DNA from: Candidatus Desulfatibia profunda | Lineage (GTDB): Bacteria; Desulfobacterota; Desulfobacteria; Desulfobacterales; UBA11574 | Assembly: GCA_014382665.1 (NCBI GenBank) | Contig: JACNJH010000134.1 | Location: 21,103-85,102, forward strand | DNA length: 64,000 bases | Reading direction: 5' to 3' | In this document: positions 1 through 9,800 of the stretch, one piece after another | Layout: each line of letters starts with the position of its first letter | Numbering within the stretch: position 1 is the stretch's first letter | Made by a program: the position numbers and the translations under genes | The notes under the pieces: model-generated | What the model was told of the DNA's origin: nothing | Databases searched by the model: none | Seen by the model: only the letters and a program-made list of their open reading frames with translations

Positions 1-273
1 AATTTGTCCGATAATACCGGCAGCGGCAAGAGATATTTAAAGGTTTCGATCGAGCTTGAGGTTGCGAGTGAAGAAAAAAAAGTAATGGTTGAAAATAATA
101 TACCAGCATTGAGAGATTCTATCCTGCTTCTGCTTTCGAGCCGGTCTATAATAGATGTTAATACACTGGAAGGCAAACTCGAATTAAAACAAGCTCTTTT
201 GGCAAAAATGAATCTGGTTTTGGGTGAAGGGATTATCCAAAGGGTATATTTTACAGAATTCGTAGTGCAATAG
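1..273 (+). CDS. fliL: Flagellar basal-body-associated protein FliL, C-terminal part (5' end lies outside the window)
   Basis: The reading frame is open to the window edge. The C-terminus ...GEGIIQRVYFTEFVVQ is the typical FliL ending. The gene sits directly upstream of fliM. Confidence 0.75.
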   Translation, partial: NLSDNTGSGKRYLKVSIELEVASEEKKVMVENNIPALRDSILLLLSSRSIIDVNTLEGKLELKQALLAKMNLVLGEGIIQRVYFTEFVVQ

Positions 274-281
274 GAAAAGCG

Positions 282-1259
282 ATGGCAAACATTTTATCCC
301 AAGATGAAGTCGACTCCCTGCTTGAAGGTATCACTGAGGGGAAGGTTCCAACCGAAGCGGCCGCACCTGATAGCGGCGAAGAGGTAAAGGTCTACGATTT
401 TAGTATGCCGGCCGGCCCCGTTCATTTGAGGCTTCCTGCGCTGAGAATAATAAACGAAAGGTTTGTCGGATTTTTAAGGACAAGCCTTCCCATTGCCAGC
501 AGAGCGGTTATCGATGTGAACTTATCTTCTACCGAGTCGGTAAAATTCAGCGAATTCTGCCTTTCTATTCCGCTCCCGTCAAACCTTAATATTTTTAAAA
601 TGGAACCGTTAAGGGGCTTTGCTCTTCTTGTTATAGAAGGCCCGCTGGTATTTTCCTTTGTTGAAAGTGTCTTCGGCGGCAAGGGTATGAGCCGCGCAAA
701 GCTTGAAGGAAGAGGTTTTACTGCCATTGAAACAAAGATTGTAGAAAAGATCGTGAAGTTCGTATTAAACGACTTGCAGCAGGCCTGGGCCGACGTTCAA
801 GAGGTAAAGACGGCGTTTATACGTTCGGAGATGGATCCGCAGTTTGCGGCAATCGTGAACCCCGCAGAGTTGGTTATTGTAAATAAATTCATGATTGATC
901 TTGAGAGCGGGTCAGGATCGATGACTCTCTGCATTCCCTACTCCAGCATTGAGCCGATCAAAAGTAGATTTCAAACCAGTTTTCGCGCTCAAGGACTTGA
1001 GACCGATCAGGCCTGGCGGAAGTATATACAGAAGGAAATTGTTAAGATGACAGTTGAGTTGAGTTGTATCATGGGGAGGGCAAAAGTAAACGGCAGAGAG
1101 CTTCTGCAAATGAAGGTTGATGATGTCATACCACTGGATCAGAAAATCGGCGATGCGATTGTTATCAATGTCGAAGGTCTTCCAAAATTTAAAGGCTATC
1201 CAGGGTCTTGTAAAAACAAAAAGGCCGTGAAAATCAGCGAAATATTGAGACAGGAGTAA
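282..1259 (+). CDS. fliM: Flagellar motor switch protein FliM
   Basis: 325 aa. The N-terminal LSQDEVDSLL peptide is the CheY-P-binding type. The length and the position before fliN fit FliM. Confidence 0.95.
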   Translation: MANILSQDEVDSLLEGITEGKVPTEAAAPDSGEEVKVYDFSMPAGPVHLRLPALRIINERFVGFLRTSLPIASRAVIDVNLSSTESVKFSEFCLSIPLPSNLNIFKMEPLRGFALLVIEGPLVFSFVESVFGGKGMSRAKLEGRGFTAIETKIVEKIVKFVLNDLQQAWADVQEVKTAFIRSEMDPQFAAIVNPAELVIVNKFMIDLESGSGSMTLCIPYSSIEPIKSRFQTSFRAQGLETDQAWRKYIQKEIVKMTVELSCIMGRAKVNGRELLQMKVDDVIPLDQKIGDAIVINVEGLPKFKGYPGSCKNKKAVKISEILRQE

Positions 1260-1262
1260 ACC

Positions 1263-1604
1263 ATGTACGAAGCAAACGATCAATTAAAAGGTAAAGGTCA
1301 GAAAGATACGGCAAAGACCGGCGGATCAGGACAGGAGCATAACTACGATCTGGATCTCATCTTGGATATACCTCTCGATATCTCTGTGGAATTGGGCAAG
1401 GTAAAAATGCCGGTAAATGAACTGCTCCGGCTGGGGCCAGGATCCATTATCGAGTTGGCCAAGTCGGTCGGTGAGCCGCTTGACATATATGTCAACAACA
1501 AATTGGTTGCCAAAGGTGAAGTTGTAATTTTGGATGAAAAATTCGGTGTGCGCGTGGCGGATATTATCAACCCGATTGAACGAGTTAAATCTTTGAGCAA
1601 ATGA
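1263..1604 (+). CDS. fliN: Flagellar motor switch protein FliN
   Basis: 113 aa with a C-terminal SpoA/FliN-type domain (LDIPLDISVELGKVKMPVNELLRLGPGSIIEL...). Confidence 0.93.
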   Translation: MYEANDQLKGKGQKDTAKTGGSGQEHNYDLDLILDIPLDISVELGKVKMPVNELLRLGPGSIIELAKSVGEPLDIYVNNKLVAKGEVVILDEKFGVRVADIINPIERVKSLSK

Positions 1605-1617
1605 AGGTATCGACGCG

Positions 1618-1914
1618 ATGTTTGAGTTGGATTTAATCAACACCGGACTTAAGACAATGGCCGTGCTTTTTATTGTGCTTGGCCTTTTGGTAGCGGTCCT
1701 CTACGCCATGAAACGATTTATCTTTGCTCAAAAGAAGGCCAAAGGAGATTTGTTCATCAAGGTCCTTTCAACGCTATATCTGTCTCCGAAAGAGAGACTT
1801 GAGGTCATAGAGATTTCAGGTGAAAAGATTGTGCTGGGTGTAACTCCTGGCAGCATCAGGTTTTTAATCAAACTGAGCGAAAAAAATGAGGGCCACAGGA
1901 CTGTCAATGGTTAG
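1618..1914 (+). CDS. fliO: Flagellar biosynthesis protein FliO
   Basis: 98 aa with a single N-terminal TM helix, followed by LEVIEISGEKIVLGVTPGSIRFL. It lies between fliN and fliP. Confidence 0.7.
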   Translation: MFELDLINTGLKTMAVLFIVLGLLVAVLYAMKRFIFAQKKAKGDLFIKVLSTLYLSPKERLEVIEISGEKIVLGVTPGSIRFLIKLSEKNEGHRTVNG

Positions 1915-2713
1915 AGAAAAGAAAACGATATTACGGGATAATACGCGCAAAAAACTTACAGTTATTTTTCTTGTCTGCGCTCTAATCTGCATTGGATCCA
2001 TGGAACATGCCTTTGGCGCCGATGTGGTTATCCCTTCATTGCATCTCGGCATTGAAAAGGGGGGAGATCCTGGTGATGTTTCTCTCCTGCTGCAGGTGGT
2101 CTTTCTTTTAACGATTCTGGCGCTTGCGCCGGCGATTCTGATACTCATGACGTCTTTTACCAGGCTGGTTGTGGTTTTTTCCTTTTTGCGACATGCTCTG
2201 GGTACCCAGCAGACGCCTTCTAACCAGATCATTGCCGGGTTGGCGTTGTTTCTGACATTCTTTATTATGATGCCTGTTTGGCAAAAAATTAATCAACAGG
2301 CCCTGCAGCCCTACCTGGCAGAAGAGATCTCTCAGGAAGCGGCCTTGACGGCGGCGATAAATCCGATTCGGCAGTTTATGTTCAAACAGACACGGGAAAA
2401 AGATCTGTCCCTATTTATCAATATGGCCAGGATAGCGAAACCCAAAAACACGGAGGATGTCCCTACAACCATATTAATTCCGGCGTTTGTGATCAGTGAG
2501 CTCAAGACCGCTTTTATTATTGGATTTGTTTTATTTGTGCCTTTTCTGGTTATCGATATGGTTGTGGCCAGTGTTCTGCTCAGCATGGGGATGATGATGC
2601 TCCCGCCGATTATGATCTCTCTTCCGTTTAAGCTGATGCTTTTTGTCTTGGTGGATGGCTGGAATTTGATTGTCGGTTCACTGGTAAAAAGTTTTGGAGG
2701 CGGGTTGCTATGA
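1886..2713 (+). CDS. fliP: Flagellar export apparatus protein FliP
   Basis: Conserved FliP core (LAPAILILMTSFTRLVVVFSFLRHALGTQQTPSNQ...). The start is uncertain: the ORF overlaps fliO, and internal Met codons at 1907 or later are possible starts. Confidence 0.95.
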   Translation: MRATGLSMVREKKTILRDNTRKKLTVIFLVCALICIGSMEHAFGADVVIPSLHLGIEKGGDPGDVSLLLQVVFLLTILALAPAILILMTSFTRLVVVFSFLRHALGTQQTPSNQIIAGLALFLTFFIMMPVWQKINQQALQPYLAEEISQEAALTAAINPIRQFMFKQTREKDLSLFINMARIAKPKNTEDVPTTILIPAFVISELKTAFIIGFVLFVPFLVIDMVVASVLLSMGMMMLPPIMISLPFKLMLFVLVDGWNLIVGSLVKSFGGGLL

Positions 2714-2979
2714 CGCCGGAATCTGTTGTCAATTTTGCTCAGGAGGCCATTAAAGTCACTATTCTTGTATCAATGCCCATGCTCGGTCTCGGACTGGTCG
2801 TGGGTCTGATTATCAGCATTTTTCAGGCAGTGACCCAAATCCAGGAAATGACCCTGGCATTTGTGCCCAAGATTTTGATCGTATTATTGGCACTTTTATT
2901 TTTTGCCAGCTGGATGCTTGAACATTTAATGCACTTTACGGTGACAACTATCGAACAGATTCCGTTTTTTATCAGGTAG
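2710..2979 (+). CDS. fliQ: Flagellar export apparatus protein FliQ
   Basis: 89 aa with two TM helices. Its start overlaps the fliP stop (ATGA overlap). Confidence 0.95.
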   Translation: MTPESVVNFAQEAIKVTILVSMPMLGLGLVVGLIISIFQAVTQIQEMTLAFVPKILIVLLALLFFASWMLEHLMHFTVTTIEQIPFFIR

Positions 2980-2987
2980 AGGAGACA

Positions 2988-3773
2988 GTGGTGGATATAT
3001 TTTCCATATCCTATCAGGAATTTAAGATATTCTTTCTAGTGCTGATCAGGGTAAGTATCATCTTGCTCATGTTTCCCTTCTTTAATGCGCGGGTTATACC
3101 GGTATTGTCGAAGGCCGGTCTAGCCCTTATTGTTGCCATCATCCTCTTTCCCGTCTTGAATAATGAAATGGCGGTCTTTCCTGATACGGTGTTCGGGGTA
3201 CTGCAATTAATCATCGCCGAGCTGATTATCGGTATGGTTTTAGGGTTATTGGTGCAGATATTTTTCGAGGGCGTAAGGATGATGGGACAGTTGGTGGGAT
3301 TTCAAACAGGTTTTGCCATCACCAACATCCTTGATCCTCAAAGCGGCGTCCAGGTTTCAATTTTTTCTAACATGGCCTACATGGCGGCCATTGTGATTTT
3401 CCTGTTATTAAACGGCCACCATATATTGCTCAGCGCAATCAGGGAGAGTTTTAAAATTATACCGGTAGGCTCATTAGGCTTAAACAGCGCGATGCTGAAT
3501 AAAATGATCCTTTTATATGGTGAAATGTTTGTTATTGCCATAAAGATCGGAGCGCCGGCCGTTGCAGCGCTCCTTTTTGTACAGGTGGCCTTTGGGCTGA
3601 TTACAAAGCTGATGCCCCAGATGAACATTATGATTGTGGCATTTCCTGTTCAGATAGTTGTCGGTCTTTTGTTTTTTGGTATTTCCTTGAACGTGCTTTT
3701 GGGATTCATGGAACGATACCTTGGTGGGCTTGGTGCCCTGCTGGTCAATACGATGACCTGGCTGAAGGTGTAG
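2988..3773 (+). CDS. fliR: Flagellar export apparatus protein FliR
   Basis: 261 aa polytopic membrane protein with a GTG start, in the canonical position after fliQ. Confidence 0.93.
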   Translation: MVDIFSISYQEFKIFFLVLIRVSIILLMFPFFNARVIPVLSKAGLALIVAIILFPVLNNEMAVFPDTVFGVLQLIIAELIIGMVLGLLVQIFFEGVRMMGQLVGFQTGFAITNILDPQSGVQVSIFSNMAYMAAIVIFLLLNGHHILLSAIRESFKIIPVGSLGLNSAMLNKMILLYGEMFVIAIKIGAPAVAALLFVQVAFGLITKLMPQMNIMIVAFPVQIVVGLLFFGISLNVLLGFMERYLGGLGALLVNTMTWLKV

Positions 3774-3775
3774 AA

Positions 3776-4855
3776 ATGACTGAAGAGAGTTCTGCAGAAA
3801 AAACCGAACAACCAACGCCCAAAAGAAGGCAAGAACTCAGGGAAAAGGGAGAGGTCGCCAAAAGCAGAGAGCTGCCTTCGGTGGCTGTTCTGTTATCGGC
3901 CTTGATTGCCTTAAGCTTCTTTGGGTCGTACATGTATTCGCAGATTCAGCTTGTTATGCAAGGGTCACTGTCGCTGCCCATAACGGCTGACCTGAATATT
4001 ACCAATTTTATCATATTTGTTCAAGAGATGACTACCCATTTTATACTGGCAATAAGTCCCCTGTTGGCGGTTGTTTTTATCACAGCGATTTTATCAAATG
4101 TCATGCAGATAGGGTTTGTGCTATCCGGCGAAACGATTATGCCGAAGCTGTCAAAATTAGATCCCATTAAAGGTTTTGGGAGACTTTTTTCAAAACAAGC
4201 GTTTATGGAGCTGTTCAAATCTTTGTTAAAGCTGGTCATTGTGGGCGCCATCGCCTACTACACCATAAAGGGCGAGATGAAAAAAGTTCCCATGCTGGGA
4301 CAGATGCAGATAGAATCGATTTGGACTTACATATTCGTCACATTCTTTAAGATTTTTATCAGGTGTACCCTGGCAATGATCTTTCTGGTTGTTATCGATT
4401 ACGCCTTCCAGCGATGGGAATTTGAAAACAGGATCAAGATGAGCAAGCAGGAGATCAAGGATGAGTTTAAAAAGACCGAGGGTGATCCGTTGATAAAGTC
4501 AAGGATCAGAAGCATTCAGATGCAAATGGCCAGGAGGCGGATGATGCAAGCCGTTCCGGAGGCAGATGTGGTCGTCACTAACCCCATGCGCCTGGCAGTG
4601 GCGTTAAAATACGATACCGCTGCCATGAATGCCCCGAAAGTACTTGCAAAAGGAGCCGGAAAAGTCGCTGAAAAGATCAGAGATCTGGCTACCCGGAACA
4701 ATATCCCCATTATGGAGCAAAAGGAACTTGCTCAGAGCCTTTATAAGCTGGTTGAGATCGGTCAGGAAATCCCGCCGGTCCTCTATCAGGCTGTGGCCGA
4801 GGTTTTGGCATATGTCTACAAATTAAAGGGCAAGTTAGCCCACGGATTAACTTAA
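3776..4855 (+). CDS. flhB: Flagellar export switch protein FlhB (autocleavage motif reads NPMR instead of NPTH)
   Basis: 359 aa. The N-terminus EKTEQPTPKRRQELREKGEVAKSRE and the region FEFENRIKMSKQEIKDEFKKTEGDP...VVVTNPMRLAVALKY are typical of FlhB. Confidence 0.95.
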   Translation: MTEESSAEKTEQPTPKRRQELREKGEVAKSRELPSVAVLLSALIALSFFGSYMYSQIQLVMQGSLSLPITADLNITNFIIFVQEMTTHFILAISPLLAVVFITAILSNVMQIGFVLSGETIMPKLSKLDPIKGFGRLFSKQAFMELFKSLLKLVIVGAIAYYTIKGEMKKVPMLGQMQIESIWTYIFVTFFKIFIRCTLAMIFLVVIDYAFQRWEFENRIKMSKQEIKDEFKKTEGDPLIKSRIRSIQMQMARRRMMQAVPEADVVVTNPMRLAVALKYDTAAMNAPKVLAKGAGKVAEKIRDLATRNNIPIMEQKELAQSLYKLVEIGQEIPPVLYQAVAEVLAYVYKLKGKLAHGLT

Positions 4856-4934
4856 TAGTTTTTATAATATTTTCAAATCATTTAAATTCTAATTTGGTTC
4901 CGGCTTGTCCGGGATAGGTCGTTAAGGTCGCAAA

Positions 4935-7025
4935 ATGGAAACAATGGTAAGTTCAAACGCAGATTTCGCAAATGCCTGTGAGTTGATGACCGTGGTTGGC
5001 GTGATCGCTGTGCTTGTGGTGATGATCATCCCCCTGCCCTCGATCCTGATCGATTTCCTTCTGGCCCTGAACATCACCCTTTCCATTACCATACTCTTAA
5101 TTGCCATGTACACCATAAAACCTTTGGATTTTTTCATATTTCCATCTTTGCTGCTAGTAACGACCCTCTTTAGGCTCTCATTAAATGTGGCCACAACCCG
5201 GTTAATACTTTTACATGGCCATGAGGGCCCCCTGGCGGCCGGAAAGGTTATCAAGTCATTCGGTAGTTTTGTTGTCGGTGGCAATTATGTCGTCGGTATG
5301 ATTGTGTTTATCATCCTGGTCATGGTTAATTTCATTGTCGTTACCAAAGGGGCCACCCGGATCGCCGAGGTCGCCGCAAGGTTTACACTGGATGCTATGC
5401 CCGGCAAACAGATGGCTATCGACGCCGATTTGAATGCAGGACTGATAGATGAGAACGATGCCAAGGCGCGCAGATTGCTGATTGCAAGAGAGGCTGAATT
5501 CCATGGTTCCATGGACGGGGCCGCCAAATTTGTCAGGGGAGATGCCATTGCCGGTATTATTATTACGCTTATTAATATTATCGGTGGATTTATCATCGGT
5601 GTTTTACAAAAAAAATTATCCGTCATTGATGCTGCCCAGAATTATACCCTTTTGACCGTCGGCGATGGATTGGTGTCTCAGATTCCGGCCCTCACTATAT
5701 CTACCGCGGCCGGTCTCGTTGTCAGCCGGGCAGCTTCAGAGGGAACCATGGGAAAGGATTTTGGCACACAATTCTTGAATTACCCCAAGGCCATTTATCT
5801 TTCAGCATTGACGGTCTTCTTTTTCGGCCTCATCCCCGGCTTGCCGCATACCGCGTTTATTGTGCTTTCCGTTCTCATCGGGGGCGGCATGTATCTTTTC
5901 AGCAAAAAGAAAGCGACATTAGAGGCAAAAATAATTGAATCTCAGAAGACGGAACCGGTTGGGGCCGGGCCGGAACCGGTGGAACATCTGCTGATGGTTG
6001 ATCCACTTGAGCTGGAAGTAGGCTACGGCCTCATTCCGCTGGTAGATAGAGAACAGGGGGGAAAGTTTCTTGAGAGGGTGCGTTCGATCAGACGGCAGTT
6101 TGCGCTTGAGATGGGTATTGTTATACCCCCTATTCATATCCGGGATAATCTTCAATTGAAATCCTCCGAGTACCAGATTCTTTTAAAAGGGGTAAAGATC
6201 GCCGGGGCCGAACTGATGGTGAATCATTATCTGGCCATGGACCCCGGGGATACCACGAGGAAAATCGAAGGAGTAGAAACAAAGGAGCCGGCATTTAATC
6301 TGCCGGCAGTTTGGATACCCGCGTCTCAAAGGGAGGAGGCCAAACTTTCAGGTTATACGGTCGTGGATGATGTTACGATAATGGCCACTCATCTGACAGA
6401 AGTTCTGCGTAAACACGCTGCCGAATTGTTGGGAAGACAGAACGTTCAAAATTTGCTTGACAATTTAAGCAGGTCTTATCCAAAGGCGGTCGAGGAACTG
6501 GTGCCGAACCTTCTTTCCCTGGGAGCCGTCCAGAAGGTTCTTCAAAATCTTATTCAAGAGCGGATATCTATCAGAGATCTGCTGACTATCATTGAAACCC
6601 TTGCCGATTGTGCGCTTTTGACCAAGGATCCGGAGCTTTTAACCGAGTATGTCAGGCACAAACTTTCCAGATCATTTATCAGTCCATATATCGGCCAAGA
6701 CGGGTTGTTGAAGCTGATAACCATGACCCAGGAAGTCGAAGATATACTCCTAAAAGGGCTTCAGAAGGCGGAACACGGCGGTACATATCTTTCCATTGAT
6801 CCCAAAGTTGCCGATTCCATTATTGCCTCCGTAAAGGAGGAGGCTGAAAAAGCCATGGCAAAAAATATTCAGCCGATTCTGCTTACGTCGCCGGTAATAC
6901 GGAGGCATTTAAAAAAGATGCTGGAATATTTTGTCCCCTCTTTAATGGTATTATCTCAGAGTGAACTTTTAAGTGATATGGGGCTTAAATCTATCGGAGA
7001 GGTAAGTTTGAATTATGCGGGTTAA
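4935..7025 (+). CDS. flhA: Flagellar export gate protein FlhA
   Basis: 696 aa with the conserved FHGSMDGAAKFVRGDAIAG loop, a TM N-domain and a cytoplasmic C-domain. Confidence 0.97.
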   Translation: METMVSSNADFANACELMTVVGVIAVLVVMIIPLPSILIDFLLALNITLSITILLIAMYTIKPLDFFIFPSLLLVTTLFRLSLNVATTRLILLHGHEGPLAAGKVIKSFGSFVVGGNYVVGMIVFIILVMVNFIVVTKGATRIAEVAARFTLDAMPGKQMAIDADLNAGLIDENDAKARRLLIAREAEFHGSMDGAAKFVRGDAIAGIIITLINIIGGFIIGVLQKKLSVIDAAQNYTLLTVGDGLVSQIPALTISTAAGLVVSRAASEGTMGKDFGTQFLNYPKAIYLSALTVFFFGLIPGLPHTAFIVLSVLIGGGMYLFSKKKATLEAKIIESQKTEPVGAGPEPVEHLLMVDPLELEVGYGLIPLVDREQGGKFLERVRSIRRQFALEMGIVIPPIHIRDNLQLKSSEYQILLKGVKIAGAELMVNHYLAMDPGDTTRKIEGVETKEPAFNLPAVWIPASQREEAKLSGYTVVDDVTIMATHLTEVLRKHAAELLGRQNVQNLLDNLSRSYPKAVEELVPNLLSLGAVQKVLQNLIQERISIRDLLTIIETLADCALLTKDPELLTEYVRHKLSRSFISPYIGQDGLLKLITMTQEVEDILLKGLQKAEHGGTYLSIDPKVADSIIASVKEEAEKAMAKNIQPILLTSPVIRRHLKKMLEYFVPSLMVLSQSELLSDMGLKSIGEVSLNYAG

Positions 7026-8070
7026 AAAATTTCGTGCAAAGACAATTAAGGATGCGACCTCAAAAGTAAAAAGCGCTTTGGGACCGAATGCACTGATCAT
7101 TTCTACGAACAGGCTAACAGAAAGCAATGAAGGCGATGTGTTTGAAATCGCTGCAGTACCGTCAGGTGATGATATTATCAATGAAACGATGGATCCCATG
7201 GGAGAAATAAAATCAGAATTGATGAGTATTAAGGAGATGATCTGCCTTGTGAATCATTGCGGCGGTGTCCTGGAAAAATTGATATTAAGCCCGGCTGTGC
7301 TCAAACTTTATGCAAAACTGATTTCAAACGGGGTGAACGATCAATATGCAAGGCTCTTTCTGGAAAAGGCCGGAGCATTCAATGGTCATGCCGGCTGCAT
7401 GAACACGATCAAGCAAAGGGTTATCAACGAGATCGTGAACATCATCAAGACAAGCAGTCCGTTTGATCTGAATAATAAAAAGCAGATCATAGCGGCGTTT
7501 ATTGGCACAACCGGCGTAGGTAAAACCACTACAATTGCAAAGTTAGCTGCTCAGCTTATGCTGAAAGGGCACAAGAAGGTTGGCTTAATTTCGATAGACA
7601 CGTATCGAATCGGCGCCTTGGAACAGCTTAAGACCTATGCGAATATTTTGGGCATTCCCTGTTTTCAGGTGTTTAAGAGAAGCGATTTACTTTTTGCCTT
7701 AAGAAAAATGGAAGAAAGAGATGTTATCTTGATCGATACAGCCGGCCAGAGCCAGTATGACAGGGAAAGAATAGAAGAACTGCAGAGAATGATACCTGAT
7801 AATTTGGCGATCGACACCCACCTGTTGTTGAGTGTTGCAACTACGGAGTCCGAGATGAACAAGACCGCTATTAATTTCAGCCCTCTAAATTTTCAGAGCT
7901 ATATATTTACTAAAACAGATGAAGCCCAGTGGTTCGGTTCAGCGCTAAATCAGATCATGAAAATAAATATTCCCGTTTCCTACATTACTACAGGTCAGAA
8001 TGTGCCTGAGGATATCGAGCAGGCAGATAAAAGAAAGATTTTAAACCTATTGTTGAACAAACATGCATGA
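7015..8070 (+). CDS. flhF: Flagellar SRP-type GTPase FlhF
   Basis: GTPase motifs GTTGVGKTTT, DTAGQ and TKTDE. The start overlaps the flhA stop. Confidence 0.9.
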   Translation: MRVKKFRAKTIKDATSKVKSALGPNALIISTNRLTESNEGDVFEIAAVPSGDDIINETMDPMGEIKSELMSIKEMICLVNHCGGVLEKLILSPAVLKLYAKLISNGVNDQYARLFLEKAGAFNGHAGCMNTIKQRVINEIVNIIKTSSPFDLNNKKQIIAAFIGTTGVGKTTTIAKLAAQLMLKGHKKVGLISIDTYRIGALEQLKTYANILGIPCFQVFKRSDLLFALRKMEERDVILIDTAGQSQYDRERIEELQRMIPDNLAIDTHLLLSVATTESEMNKTAINFSPLNFQSYIFTKTDEAQWFGSALNQIMKINIPVSYITTGQNVPEDIEQADKRKILNLLLNKHA

Positions 8071-8125
8071 ATTTGCAAAAAGTCGAATTCAGCATACAAA
8101 AAACTCTTGTCGATTGGAGAGAAAA

Positions 8126-9037
8126 ATGGATCAGGCTACAAATTTGAGAAGGATCGTTAAAGCAGAATCCGGAAAATTTCGTAAGCTCAAAACGCCGGGT
8201 GAAAACAGATCATTTTCAGCAACAAACATTCCCACGGTCATTGCCGTTACCAGCGGGAAGGGAGGCGTGGGAAAAACAAACGTTGTCGGAAATCTGGCAG
8301 TCGCCTATCAGCAGATGGGAAATAGGGTTCTAATTTTTGATGCTGATCTTGGGCTGGCAAATATTGATATTATCTTTGGAATTAATCCCCGCTTTACCAT
8401 TGAAGACGTCATTAAGGGCGAGAAAGAGCTATCTCAAATTATCGTTGAAGGTCCCGAGGGTGTAGCCATCATTCCCGCCAGTTCCGGGGTACAGGAAATG
8501 GCACACCTTTCAGAAGGCCATAAAATCAATCTTTTAAATGAATTCGATATGCTGAACAGCAGGTTTGACCTGCTGCTGATTGACACCAGCGCCGGAATCT
8601 CTTCAAATGTCATCTATTTTAATCTGGCGGCGCAGGAGAGAATCGTAGTCGTGACCCCGGAACCCACATCGATCACGGATGCCTATGCCCTGATGAAGGT
8701 TATGTTCAACCAGCACGGGACAAAGAATTTTAGCCTGTTGATGAATATGGTCAAAGATGAAAAAGAGGCCAGAGCTGTTTACACACACATGGCAAAGGTT
8801 GCGGCAAGATTTATGGCGAGTATATGCATTGATTATGTTGGATATATTCCCTGGGATAAATATTTGCTTGAAGCGGTTATCCGCAGGGAGCCGGTGACAT
8901 GTTGTTACCCTGAAGCATCATCAAGTCACGGCTTTAAACAACTGGCCAAAACTCTTTTAAGCCGGTCGAACGGGAGACCGAATGATGGAAATATTAAATT
9001 TTTCTGGAAAAGGCTGATGACGAGAGCAGTGGATTAA
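8126..9037 (+). CDS. flhG: MinD/ParA-type flagellar number regulator FlhG (FleN/YlxH)
   Basis: Deviant Walker A TSGKGGVGKTN and a C-terminal amphipathic GNIKFFWKRLM tail. The ATG at 8126 is preceded by GGAGAG; the ORF is open back to 8063. Confidence 0.88.
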   Translation: MDQATNLRRIVKAESGKFRKLKTPGENRSFSATNIPTVIAVTSGKGGVGKTNVVGNLAVAYQQMGNRVLIFDADLGLANIDIIFGINPRFTIEDVIKGEKELSQIIVEGPEGVAIIPASSGVQEMAHLSEGHKINLLNEFDMLNSRFDLLLIDTSAGISSNVIYFNLAAQERIVVVTPEPTSITDAYALMKVMFNQHGTKNFSLLMNMVKDEKEARAVYTHMAKVAARFMASICIDYVGYIPWDKYLLEAVIRREPVTCCYPEASSSHGFKQLAKTLLSRSNGRPNDGNIKFFWKRLMTRAVD

Positions 9038-9041
9038 GCAA

Positions 9042-9800
9042 ATGAAGGCAGGGGTTGGCAGATATCAACAGTTTATCCGCATCGACCAGGAAAATGTGGA
9101 TAAAAAATCCAGGGAAGAGCTTATTCTCGAATACGCTCCCCTTGTCAAAGCAATCGTTGAAAGGATTGCGATGCGGCTTCCTCCCAATATATCCAAGGAT
9201 GAATTGATTAGCGGGGGAATCATGGGACTATTTGATGCCCTTGATAAATTCGATCCAGGCAAAGGCACGAAATTCCGGACATATGCGACTCTAAGGATAA
9301 AAGGAGCGATTATAGATGAATTAAGAAGAATGGATTGGGTGTCCAGGTCTGTCAGGAGAGATATTCACAAGATTGAAGCTGCCCGCAGAACCCTTGAGAT
9401 GAAGCTTGGCAGGGAACCGGAGGATTTTGAAATTGCTGAGGAGATGGGTGTCGATGCTGATTCATATCATAGAATGACAACAAGGGCACAGGGGATCGGT
9501 CTTTTCAGTCTGGACGCGGAGTTGCCGGACTGTTTTTCTTTGGCGATTACAAGCCAGACTCCGGAGGTTGCCCATCCTCTTAATGAAGTCAGAATAAAAG
9601 AATTGAAAAAGGTTATCGCCAAGACCCTTTCGAAACTTTCAAAAAAAGAACAGTTGGTTATGTCATTATATTATTTCGATGAGTTGACATTGAAGGAAAT
9701 AGCCCAGGTGTTGGATTTAACAGAGTCAAGGATATCTCAGATCCATTCCAAGGCCATCATAAAATTGCGGGTAAAACTTAGATCATATTATGAAGGTTGA
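9042..9800 (+). CDS. fliA: Flagellar sigma factor FliA (sigma-28)
   Basis: 252 aa with sigma-70 regions 2-4 (LILEYAPLVKAIV..., region 4 LTLKEIAQVLDLTESRISQIHSKA). It follows flhFG. Confidence 0.9.
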   Translation: MKAGVGRYQQFIRIDQENVDKKSREELILEYAPLVKAIVERIAMRLPPNISKDELISGGIMGLFDALDKFDPGKGTKFRTYATLRIKGAIIDELRRMDWVSRSVRRDIHKIEAARRTLEMKLGREPEDFEIAEEMGVDADSYHRMTTRAQGIGLFSLDAELPDCFSLAITSQTPEVAHPLNEVRIKELKKVIAKTLSKLSKKEQLVMSLYYFDELTLKEIAQVLDLTESRISQIHSKAIIKLRVKLRSYYEG

